A DNA stretch of 64,000 nt from Leucoraja ocellata (Eukaryota), in NCBI GenBank assembly GCA_036785375.1, contig JAWMAR010000471.1:558001-622000 (forward strand), in the 5' to 3' direction. This document shows positions 51,525-63,639 of this stretch, piece by piece (position 1 is the first letter of the stretch; the number at the start of each line of letters is the position of its first letter). Made by a program: the position numbers and the translations under genes. The notes beneath the pieces are model-generated. The model had not been told where the DNA came from, made no database searches, and worked only from the letters and a program-made list of their open reading frames with translations.

Positions 51525-54500
51525 CATAGAAACATAGACACATAGAAAATAGTTGCAGGAGTAGGCCATTCGGCCCTTCGAGCCTGACCGCCATTCAATA
51601 TGATCATGGCTGATCATCCAACTCAGTATCCTGTTCCTGCTATCTTTCCATACCCCCTGATCCATTTACCCACAAGGGCCACATCAAACCCCCTCTTAAA
51701 TATAGCCAATGAACTGTCCTCAACTACCTTCTGTGACAGATAATTCCACAGATTCACCGCTGTCTGTGCGAAAAAATGTTTTTCTTATCTGGGTACAAAA
51801 AGAATTCCCCTTTATCGTTAAACTGTCACCCCTTGTCCTGGACTTCCCCAACAACGGGGACAATCTTCCTGCATCTAGCCTGTCCAACCCCTTAAGATTT
51901 TTGCAAGTTTCTATAAGATCCCCCCTCAATCTTCTAAAGTGTAGCGAGTACAAGCCGAGTCTATCCAGTCTTTCTTCATATGAACGTCCTGGCATCCCAG
52001 GAGTCAGTCTGGTGAACCTTATCTGTACTCCCTCTATGGTAAGAATGTCTTTCCTCAGATTTGGAGAACAAACTGTACGCAATACTCCTGGTGTTGTCTC
52101 ACCAAGCCCCTGTCAACTGCAGTAGAACCTCTCTGCTCCTATACTCAAATCATTTTTCTATGAATGCTAACATACCATTCGTCTTCTTCACTGCCTGCTG
52201 CACCTGTATGTCTACTTTAAATGACTGGTGTACCTTGACACCCAGGTCTCGTTGCATCTCCCCTTTTCCTAATCGGCTACAATTCAGATAATAGTCTACT
52301 TTCTTGGTTTTGCCACCAAAATGGATAACCTCACATGTATCCACATTATATCGCATCTGCCATGCATTTGCCCACTCACCCAGCCTATCCAAGTCACCCT
52401 GCAGCCTCTTAGCATCCTCCTCACAGTTAACATTGCCCCCCTCCCCCCCTCCACCTTCGTGTCATCACAAAATTGGATATGTTGCATTCAATTCCCTTGT
52501 CCAAATCATTAATATATATTGTGAATAGCTGGGGTCCCAGCACTGAGCCTTGCGGTACCCCACTAGTCACTGCCTGCCATTCTGAAAAGGACCCGTTTAC
52601 TCCTAATCTTTGCTTCCTGTTTGCAAGCCAGTTCTCTATCCACATAAATACTGAACCCCCAATACTGTGTGCTTTAAGTTTGTATACTAATCTATTATGT
52701 GGGACCTTGTCGAAAGTCTTCTGGAAGTCCAGATATAACACATCCACTGGTTCTCCCATATCCACTCCATTAGCTACATCCTCGTTAAATTCCATACGAT
52801 TCGTCAGACATATAACCATATAACAATTACAGCACGGAAACAGGCCATCTCGGCCCTACAAGCCCGTGCCGAACAACTTTCTTTCCCTTAGTCCCACCTG
52901 CCTGCACTCATACCATAACCCTCCATTCCCTTCTCATCCATATGCCTATCCAATTTATGCTTAAATGATACCAACGAACCTGCCTCCACCACTTCCACTG
53001 GAAGCTCATTCCACACAGCCACCACTCTCTGAGTAAAGAAGTTCCCCGTCATGTTACCCCTAAACTTCTGTCCCTTAATTCTGAAATCATGTCCTCTTGT
53101 TTGAATTTCCCCTATTCTCAAAGGGAAAAGCTTGTCCACATCAACTCTGTCTATCCCTCTCATCATTTCAAAGACCTCTATCGAGTCCCCCCTTAACCTT
53201 CTGCGCTCAAGAGAATAAAGACCTAACTTATTCAACCTATCTCTGTAACTTAGTTGTTGAAACCCAGGCAACATTCTAGTAAATCTCTTCTGTATTCTCT
53301 CTATTTTGTTGACATCCTTCCTATAATTGGGGGACCAAATTGTACACCATACTCCAGATTTGGTCTCACCAATCCCTTGTACAATTTAACATTACATCCC
53401 AGCTTCTATACTCAATGCTCTGATTTATAAAGTCTAGCATACCAAAAGCTTTCTTTACCACCCTATCTATATGAGATTCCACCTTCAAGGAACTATGCCC
53501 GATTATTCCCAGATCCCTCTGCTCAACTGGATTTGCCATTCGTAAATCCATGCTGACTTTCTCCAATGATTTCACCACTTTCCAAATGTGCTGCTATCCC
53601 ATCTTTAATAACAGACTCTAGCAGTTTCCCCACTACCGATGCTAGATTAACTGGTCTGTAATTCCCAGTTTTCTCTCTCCCTATTTTTTTAAAAAGTGGG
53701 GTTAAATTAGCTACCCTCCAATCCACAGGAACTACTCCAGAATTTAAGGAGTTTTTAAAAATTATCACTACTGCATCCATTATTTCTGGGGCTACTTCCT
53801 TAAGTACTCTGGGATGCGGCCTATCTGGCGCTGGGGGTTTATCGGCCTTTAATCCATTCAATTTACCACACACCACTTCCCGGCTAACCTGGATTTCACT
53901 CAGTTCCCCCATCTCAATTATCCCGCGGTCCCCTACGATTTCCGGCAGATTATTGATTTCTTCCTTACTGAAGACAGAACCAACGTAGTTATTCAATTGG
54001 TCTGCCAGTACCTTGTTCCCTATGATTAATTCACCTGTTTCTGACTGCAAGGGACCTACATTTGTTTTAACTAATCGTTTTCTCTTCACATATCTATATC
54101 AACTTTTCCAGTCCGTTTTTATGTTCCCTGCCAGTAATCTATGTTACATTTCCTAATTAAGCCCTTTGTCCTCCTCTGCTGGACTGGAACATTTCTCCCA
54201 GTCCTCTGATAGGCTGCTTTTTCTTGCTAATTTGTACGCTTCATCTTTTGTTTTGATACTATCCTGATTTCCCTTGTTATCCACGGATGCACTACCTTCC
54301 CTGATTTATTCTTTTGCCAAACTGGGATAAACAATTGTTGTAGTTCATCCATGCAGTCTTTAAATGCATTCCATTGCATATCCACCGTCAACCCTTTAAG
54401 AATCAAAATGCCAATCACCTTGGCCAACTCACGTCTCATATCCTCAAAGTTACTTTTCTTTAAGTTCACAATCCTTGTTTCTGAATTGAAAATGTCACTC

Positions 54501-54525
54501 TCCAATCCTAATGAAGAACTCAACC
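51525..54525 (-). mobile_element. CR1-clade LINE (5'-truncated) with nested young CR1 at 52808-53529
   Basis: (CATAGAAA)n tail at left; [23 protein letters not shown]; nested copy ends in (CCATATAA). Confidence 0.9.
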
Positions 54526-54599
54526 ATATTATTGTCGCAATATTTCTTAACCGTTGCGACAGCACCTGCCTCAACTACCTTCACCGGCAGCATGCTCCA

Positions 54600-55500
54600 T
54601 ACATAGGTGGTGGAGAGAAAGCTGGGTTCTTTACATAAGGACTTAGATAGGTTGGGAGAGTGGGCAGAGAAGTGGCAGATGGAATATTGAGTAACAAAGT
54701 GTGGAGTCATGCATTTTGGTAGAAGGCGTAGAATATTTCAAAAAATGGGGAGAGAATCAAGAAATCAAAGGTGCAAAGGGACATGAGAGGGCTATTGCAG
54801 GATTCCCAAACCAGGTAATTTGCAAATCGAATTGGTAGTAAAGAAGGCAAACGCAATGCTAGCATTTACTTCAATCGGGAAAGAATACAACAACAGGTAT
54901 GTAATACTGAGGCACTACAAAGGCGCTGGTCAGCTCGCCTTTGGAGTATTGTGAGCAATTGTGGGTACCATATCTGAGGAAGGATGAGCCAGCTGCGGAG
55001 AGGGTTCAGAGGACGTTTACAACAACGATTTCAAGAATGAGGCAGTTAAAATATGTTGATAGTTTGAAGACACTGAGCCTGTACTCGCTGGTGACTGAAG
55101 CATCAGGGGGGGGGGGGGGGGGGGGTAGGGCAAATTGAAACTTACCGAATCGTGAAACGTTTGCATAGAATGTACGTGGAGAGGATGATTCCACTAGACG
55201 AAGAATCTACGACCATAGGCCATAACCTCAGAATAGAATGGCGTTACTTTGGCAATAAGGAGGGACGAATTTCTTTAATTAATGGGTGGTGAATCTGTGG
55301 AGTTCTTTGCCACGCCAAGCTGTGGATGCCGTTAATTTATATATTTAAGGCAGAGATAGACAGATTCCGGATTAGTCGAGTGTTCTGGGTTAAGGGGAGA
55401 AGTGCACGAGAATGGGGTTGGGGGGGAGTGGGAGATTGATCTTCCATGATTAAATGGCAGAGTAGACATTGATGGGCCCAGGCCTAATTCTGCACCATCA
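54600..55500 (+). mobile_element. Degenerate CR1 3' fragment
   Basis: LDRLGEWAEKWQME, EYCEQLWVPYLRKD. Confidence 0.75.
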
Positions 55501-56791
55501 CGTATGACCTTGTCATCACTTATCAACACATGCTGCGATGTAATAATGTATTTGCAACCTTTCTACTGCTCTCCCCAGACACTGTTGAATTCACTTGACA
55601 TTTAACCAGTAATAATATTTTCCTGGATTCGCTTGGAGCTCCTCTTGAAAACAAAGGAGAATGGTCCTGTGCAGCGGTCTAAATGATGCAAATCACATGG
55701 ACCTTTCCAGTTGGCAGTGAATACAATTGGATACAGCAGCGGAATTAATATATTTCATGATGAAAATGATATGAGTATATAACGCATAACGTGCCAAATG
55801 ACCAGGAATAAATATCAGCAAGGAATGTCCTTGATCAAAGAGTTATATTTCGAGCTTATGTTTTTATCAATAAAAACAGACAGGCATGTGACGTTATTAC
55901 AGATATTAGGGGAAATCATCGGAATGCGTTGATAATGCATTGATGTGGAATTACTTGGCTAACCTCACATTAATTAAGTGGCTCACCTACATTTACTCAC
56001 ATTAAATTGCTGCTGCCATGCATCTGCCCACTCACCCCACCTGTCGAAGTCATTCTCACCGCATCCTCCTCACTGTTCACACTGTCACCCAGATTTGTGT
56101 CATCTGCAAATGTGCTAATGTTATTTGTGACCCCTTAGGTGGGAGGTAAAATTGTGTAATTTGTGTAAACAGTATTGGATGTATGCTTAGCCTCCGTGAA
56201 TGTCGGATGGGGTTTTGTAAGGATCATGTATTGGACATATTAATTTCTCGCATAAAGTATATTTTGAAATTCAAAAACGTGACGTACTATAATTCCACAA
56301 TTCACAATAATCGCAGTTGTTTTTCCCATAGTTCGAGATCTGTGAAGGCGGAACCATTTCCATGTAAAGACCTAGCCAAATGTTACGATTTCTCAATGTA
56401 TGGCTGCTCCTCCCCAACTGCCCTGATATCCACGCCATTCCGCGAACAAGTTGTTACATGTAGTTTACATGACGTCACAACACGTGTATAGTTAGCATAT
56501 TCGAAAAGATGATTTGTGGGCATTGTTGGCATATATTTCTTCGATTTTGGAGATGTATTTTGAATGTGAATCTCAATATTAATTTGTATCTGAACGCCCT
56601 CGCCGCCTGATCCTGATTATGGTGTTGTTAGCCGTTGGTAGCAATAACGTTTGTGTATTTTGCATAAGTGCATTATTTTAATGTTAATCAGCTGCTGACT
56701 GTTCACGTGGTGGAGACGACGCTGAAACTACACAGAGTGAACGATGCGCGGTCTAATAATGTTTCCACTGGAGGCAGAATACACCGCCCTA

Positions 56792-56863
56792 CTCCCTGAC
56801 CACAGAACCGAATCCAGGCAGCAGCGTCGGTGCGCAGAATGCAGATCACTAGACCACTCGATA
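56792..56863 (-). pseudogene. Decayed tRNA-Glu-derived sequence (paralogue)
   Basis: GTGGTCTAGTGA..ATTCTGCGC..GCCTGGATTCGGTTC..GGTCAGGGA; same position in the duplicated unit. Confidence 0.65.
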
Positions 56864-58188
56864 TACTGCTGCAACTCATGGACATTACAAACCTATTTTG
56901 CCGGCTAGCAGTGGTTAAAGTTCAATAATCACCCAGCTGCAATCTTTAAAAAACAAATCACACATTTTGTCGGTTCAGTGGTGCAGCTGCTGCCTCAAAG
57001 CTTCAGAGATCCGGATCAATCCTGTCCTCGGGTAATGTCTGAGTGGAGTTTTCCCGTCTCGCTGTGACCGTGTCGGTATCGTCCAGGTGCTCTGATTTCC
57101 TCCCGTATCAAAATACGTGTGGTTATTTTAGGTGAATTGGCCTGTGTAAACATGCACCAAGTGTGTGGGAATAGATGGAAAAAGTGGAATAACATGGAAC
57201 GAAAGTGATCGGGTCATCGATGGTTGGCGTGGACTCGGTGGGGTGAGGTCCTCAGGAATTAATTTCATTGGTCAAAACATGGCAGATGGAGGGGAGTGGA
57301 ACTGAAAACTGATTGAAATTTGCTCCTTGCACATTCTTCCGGCTTTGCGTGTAATTACTTCATATAGAAACCACGTGCATTTCTCAATGAAAACATCAAA
57401 ACATCGTAATAACTCCCATGTTCTCGACAGGGCCGAATCGACTGTAGATCTGACCACTGCCTGTCGCCTTTGGACGGATGCCGATAATACTGTGGTGTTT
57501 TGTTTTTAGAATCAAGGCATCATAGAGTCTTACAGCGTTGAAACATACCCTTCGGCCCAGCATGCCAACACCGGCCAACATGTTCCATCCACACCAGTCC
57601 TACCCGCAAGCGTTTCGCCCATATCCTCAACATCAGTTCTATTCATGTACATGTCAATGTTCTTCTTAAACTTTGCTATTTTACCTGCCTTAACTACTAC
57701 CTCCGCCAGCGCGTTCCGTGCGCCAAGCCCCCTCTTGCATGAAAAAGTTACCATTCTGGTCTCTATTAAATCTTCCTCCCCACTCAACTTCAATCTATGT
57801 TCTCTGTTTCTCGATCCCCCAATCTGGCCAAGGAGACTCTGTGAGTTTACCCGATCTATTCCATTTGTGAATATGCACCTTATTATTGTTTCGCTTAACA
57901 ATCTCAGGCTTAGCACCTTCACTACCGGTTTCCAAGAACAAATATGCCTTCCTCAATCAAGGTTTGTTCAAGCGGATGCGACTACTCTCGGGGGGGGGGG
58001 AAGCTGGATTCCAGCTACGTGTATTTCAATTGGCTGAGATCCCGCTGCCCCCCCCACATCTCTGACGACATCGCTGGGGGCACGGGGCAGTGACAGGGAG
58101 ACCAGCAGACGCCCTTCAACTGAGAAAACGCTCCTGTTACGAGTCTCGTCAAGTTTAGAACTCAGCTAGTACATAGTGAACGGGTAAA

Positions 58189-58655
58189 ATGCGTTTCATC
58201 GGCATCTGTGTTGTGTGGGGAGCGTTTCTGACAGGTAATTCTGGATCAATATTTTCAGTTCCCTCGCCCTCCTCAGTGAGATTTTGGCTTGAGAAGTGCA
58301 ATCTCATGGCACTCCGGTGTCTGTTACTATCTCAATATATTTTATTTTACAGTCACTATTCACGAGAATCTGTCACACAGCCACTACCCTCGGCGACGAA
58401 GACAAAAGGAGAAGCGGTGACTTTAACCTGTAACTATGATACCACATGGACTGGATATGCTTTATTCTTGTACCGACAATATCCAGGCATGCAGCCCGAG
58501 TTTACTATGTCGAGAGACACCAGCAACAAGAAGACAAGGCCCAATACGCTGATACTCGTTTCTCTATGAGCTCAATACCGCGACTAAGTTCACCAGCTTG
58601 AGTATCTCAGGCTGGATCTCAGCGACTCTGCAGTATATTACTGCGCACTGTGGCT
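58189..58655 (+). pseudogene. TCR alpha/delta-type V segment 2 (leader 58189-58234, V exon 58353-58655), frameshifted as assembled
   Basis: Close paralogue of V1 with splice sites retained; four 1-nt deletions relative to V1; conserved Trp of WYRQ changed to Leu (tgg>ttg). Confidence 0.85.
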
Positions 58656-58693
58656 CACAGTGATGGAAACAAGTTAAGCCCCTTACAAAACAC
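58656..58693 (+). promoter_or_regulatory. RSS of V segment 2
   Basis: CACAGTG + identical 22-nt spacer + ACAAAACAC (one A short of the V1 nonamer). Confidence 0.88.
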
Positions 58694-59512
58694 TCGCCTT
58701 TGTCTTGCTCTCTGCTCCGCTGATGCGGTTGGATGTGCCTGCTTTCCTGTTCTCTCTCAGTTGTCGGTTTGCTTTCATTTGTGCAGGTGTCCTGTGGTTT
58801 TATTGTTTCCAACTGCGAGCTGCTTCTCCGGAATCCGTTTCCATAACATTAGCCGCTAGCTGCAGAGATTACAAGAGTTCTGACGACCCGCGGGATAGGA
58901 CATGTGACCAGAGATCTGAAACGTGTGTTCTGTTTTACTCTCTCTCAGTCCTGGATAACCTGTTTAATAACTGCAGATTTTACAGTTTAGTTATTAAAAC
59001 GAGGGTGTCTCTGGATGGAGGATGGGCTGGCCCTGATTGTCACAATTACGTTACCCAATTCCACTTCACCGACACCCTGACAGACTTTCCAATTTCAGGT
59101 GATTGACCTTCACTAATAGCAGCAAAATCGTCCCGGACGCGGAAGAACAGGAAGTCAATAAAACAAACTATTTACCGCAAATGGCGGATTAGCTGTAATG
59201 CAGATGGATAGTTCACCATTGGGTCCTACTGAGTAATCCACATCTGTGTCGCAGGATATATCACTGGACACCAGATACATAGCTACAGCAACTGCTGAAA
59301 TAAATCCCCTGATGATATTCACGTGAGGGCAGTAAAATTAAACACTTTAAATACGCATGGCGCCTTTCCCAATGGGCGACTGCACAAATGTGCAAATACC
59401 TTAAGGCCGTAATTACTGTTTTGCTCAATGATCCGGTACTGAATTACTTCTCGACATCGCCATAGTCTGGGGAATTCCTTCACAACAGGAACATGACAAC
59501 ACCTTCACTAGA

Positions 59513-59943
59513 AGATTGTTCCTTCGCTAGAATTTAGTAGATTGAGGGGGGATCTTATGGAAACTTACAAAATTCTTAAGGGGTTGGACAGGCTAGATGC
59601 AGGAAGATTATTCCCGATGTTGGGGAAGTCATGAACAAGGGGTCACAGTTTAAGGATAAGAGGGAAGTCTTTTAGGACCGAGATGAGAAAATCATTTTTT
59701 ACACAAAGAGTGGTGATATCTGTGGAATTCTCTGCCAGAGAAGGTAGTTGAGGCCAGTTCATTGGCTATATTTAAGATGCAGTTAGATGTGGCCCTTGTG
59801 GCTAAAGGGATCGGGGGGTATAGAGAGGAGGCAGGTAAAGGATACTGAGTTGGATGAGCAGCCATGATCATATCGAATGGCGGTGCAGGCTCGAAGGGCC
59901 GAATGGCCTACTCCAGCACCTATTTTCTATGTTTCTATGTTCC
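59513..59943 (+). mobile_element. CR1 3' fragment
   Basis: (TTTCTATG)n tail; empty site at ~38165. Confidence 0.85.
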
Positions 59944-62900
59944 AGATCATAGCTCTACTATACTACCTCCATTGGGACTCGCTGAAAGGATAGGTTGAAC
60001 AGGCTAGGAATAAATTAGGCGGCGTAGTGTCGTAGATGTCGGTAACGATTTTGCAAGTTCTCACGGTTGGACAAGAAGGCGGGCGCCTCGCGGCAATGGC
60101 CTCCGCAGTCTATCTCTCTTTTATTTCTTTTTGTCTTGTTAGATGTATGTTTTGGTTTAGTTTTATAATTATTTTTAGCTGTGTATATGTGGGCGGGAGG
60201 GGGGGGGGGTGCAGGGGGATTTTTAAATTCTCTTCTCCGTTCTGGGACTCGAACCTTTTTCCCTCTCGAGTCTCCGTTGTTGTTGGGGCCTAACATCGTG
60301 CAGCAGGCGGCCTCAACCGGAATCGACCTGGGGCTCCAGTCGCACAGCCTGCGGACTCGCTATCGCGGAGCTGGCCGACATCGGTACGCGGAACGCTGCG
60401 GTGGCCGCGGCTGCGACCCGACTACGGCGCTTCGGAGGCTCCGGCTGCAGGCCCCGTGGAGGTAACATCGGGAGCTCGCGGGTCCCTTGTGGGGGACCAC
60501 TTTTCGGAGCTCCCGGTACGGCAGCTTTCCGCCCGAATCAAGGGGTTTAAATCTACCAGTAGCAGGCCTTATATCGCCCGGCACGGCGTAAACGAACGTG
60601 GGGCTTACCAGCGTCCGCCGGGGTCTCGAACATCAAAAGCGTCGATCAGCTTGATGCAGCAGTTTGACTGCTTGACTGCGGGACAAGAATAAAGAACAGA
60701 GAACAGGGAAGAGATAAGACTTTTGCCTTCCATCACAATGAGGAGGTGTTTGGAGATTCAATGTGATGTATGTTTGTGTGGAATTGTGCTAATTGTGTGT
60801 TTTTTGTTGTTGTTGTTCTGTCTGCAGGAAGTAATTTTCGTCCGAACCTACTTTAAAATGACAATACACATAATTCTGATTCCGATTCTGATTCTGATGA
60901 CTGCCTGGGTTTTCTTCCGCGTGCTCCGGTTTCCTCCCAGACTCGAAGCACGTACAGAAATATAATTTATTTTTAATGTCCTATATAAATAGTAAATTGT
61001 TTCCAGCTTGTAGTACAGTGCTACTGTATGGGGTGATCGATGGTAAACGCAGATTGTGTGGGACGAAGGGCCTATGTGCACAGCGGATCTCTGATATCTT
61101 GAGCCTATGTTCCTTGGGCGCAGGAGGCAGAGTGTATGAAGTCAATAGCGGATTGGACAAACGTGAATCACACGTGAATCACAGTGGAGAAACTTTATTC
61201 TGCTGTGTGGGGATGTTTTATGTTGGACTCATATTTGACTGTGTGTGTGTTCTTTATTTTATTGTATGGCTGTATGTTGACAACATTTTCCTGTACCAAC
61301 TGGCACATGAGACAAGTAAATGTATATTGTATCTTGTCCTTTACCCAGAGTTGGAGAATCAAGAACAGAGGAATTAGGTTAAAGGTGAGAGGGGAAATGT
61401 TTATCAGGAACGGGAGGGAAACTTTTGCACTTGAGAAGGTGATGGGTATCACTTGGGGTCCGTGTACATCACCACTGAAAATAAGCATGCGGGTACAGCA
61501 GGCAGTGAAGAAAGCGATTGCACGTTTGCCTTCATAACAAGAGGAATTGGGTATTGGAGTAAAGAGGCCATTCTGCAGTTGTACAGGGCCCTAGTGAGGC
61601 CACACCAGGAGTATTGTGCGCAGTTTTTGTCTCCAGATTTGAGGAACGACATTCTTGCTATTGAAGGAGTGCACCGTAGGTTCGCGGGTTAATTCCCGGG
61701 ATGGCGGGACTGTCATATGTGGATATAACGGAGCGGCTTGGGCTTGTATACACTGGAATTTAGTATGCTGAGATTAGCTCTTTTTGAAACGTAAAATATT
61801 ATTAAGGGATTGGGCCTTTGGAGGCAGGAACCATGTTCCGATGTTGAGAGGGTCCAGGCCTAGGGACCACAGTTTAAGAATAAGTTGTAGGCTATTTAGC
61901 AAGCGGGAGATCATGCAGTTTTATGCGAATTTAGCGGAGGTGTTCCACGAAACATTCCTGCACGTTACCGAGGGCTGTGCCTGTTAATTTACTTGCAAAT
62001 GTTGAGCACCCTAGCTTAAAAAGTAACACAGGTGTTTGTGCAATAAATTAGTGTATGGGTCTGGAAGCAGAGAGAGAAGGTCCTGCAGATAGGACAACAG
62101 TTGGAAATTAGGCTGATATAGCTTATTTTCAATAGACAATAAGTGCAGGTGTAGGCCATTCGGCCTTCGAGCCACCACCGTCATTCATGTGATCAAGGTT
62201 GATCATCCACAATCAGTACCCCGTTCCTGTCTTCTCCCCTTTTCTTCCCTGACTCCACTATCCTTTAAGGGACCTATCTAGCTCTCCTCTTGACAGTATC
62301 CAGAACCGGCCTCCACAGACTCAGTACTATGTGTGAAAATTTGTTTCGGTATCTCCATCAAAATGGCGTACCCCTTATTATTAAACCGTGGACCTGGTTC
62401 TGGACTCTCCCAACATCGGGAACATGTTTCCTGCCTCGAGCGCGTCCAACCCCTCAATAACATTATATGTTTCAAAAATAATCCCTCTCATCCTTCTAAA
62501 TTCCAATATATACAAGCCCAGTCACTCCATTATTTCAACATCTGCCAGTGCAGCCATCCCGGTTAGAACCGACCGTTGAGAAAATCAAAGTTCTGAAGTC
62601 TACCTGTAGACGCCTATCATGAACTAATGTAACTAACTAAACTAGCACGCTGTACTAATTGGTGGCCAGTAATAAAGCCATTAGTGAATGTCTTTGCCAA
62701 TTCGGCATTTGGACACATTTACTAAGTACACCGTGTTTTAGAGTCGCTGTTGCTCATTTACCGGAGTGGTGCTGGATTAGCGTTGCAGGGAGAGATTGGT
62801 CATATTTGGATTCTTTCCCTCTGGAATGTCGGAGATTGCAGGAAGATCTGGTTGAGGTATGTAACGTTATGAGAGGCTACGGTAGGGTCTGCTCCCCCAA

Positions 62901-63639
62901 CGCACCCGTTCCCTACCCGTAGCCCCACAGGAGGCGTGGTCCCCAACTCAAGCCGTTCCCGAACGTAAGTGAAGCTGATCACTGCTAGCCGAGCCATTGT
63001 GACATCATCAGTAGAAGCTAGTCGGTTTACAATTCAGTCTTTTGATTTTTTTAGAACTTCAATCAGTAATGTCGAGAAATAAAGCATAACATGTTCAGCG
63101 AAGGTATTTTCGGCCTCGAGAGGGAAAATGTCAATCAGAATATGTAAAAATGTAATCGTTACCGCGTCGGGAGCGGAGGATTTGGAGAGAGAGTACTCAA
63201 CTCAAATTTGGAGCTATACAATTCTCAGCCGCCATCGGTGAAGAAAATAATTAATGAATTTCTCACATTTCTTTGCCCTGCTGGAGGAAATAAATCCGAC
63301 TGTGAGCACTCACTCGAATCTCCAATAGGCAGAGCTCCAACGTCGGCGCTGCATCAATGGAGGTGGGACATTAATGCAAATCGATTCAGCATCTCTTTAC
63401 CACACAGGTGGAACTTACTCACTTTACCGCCCTCTACTGGACACTCGCTTGTTACTCATTGCTTGCATTAAAAATATAATTAGTAATGCCAACTTGTATG
63501 AATAACACCTCACTCACTACATTTGGCTGCATCTGGCACTGAATTACTAATTGTACTGAAAACCGAACACATCTGTAAGAAGCAACGGGGCATTACATTC
63601 AGTGCGAGAAACAAATATAAAATGGAACTCTCATTAACG

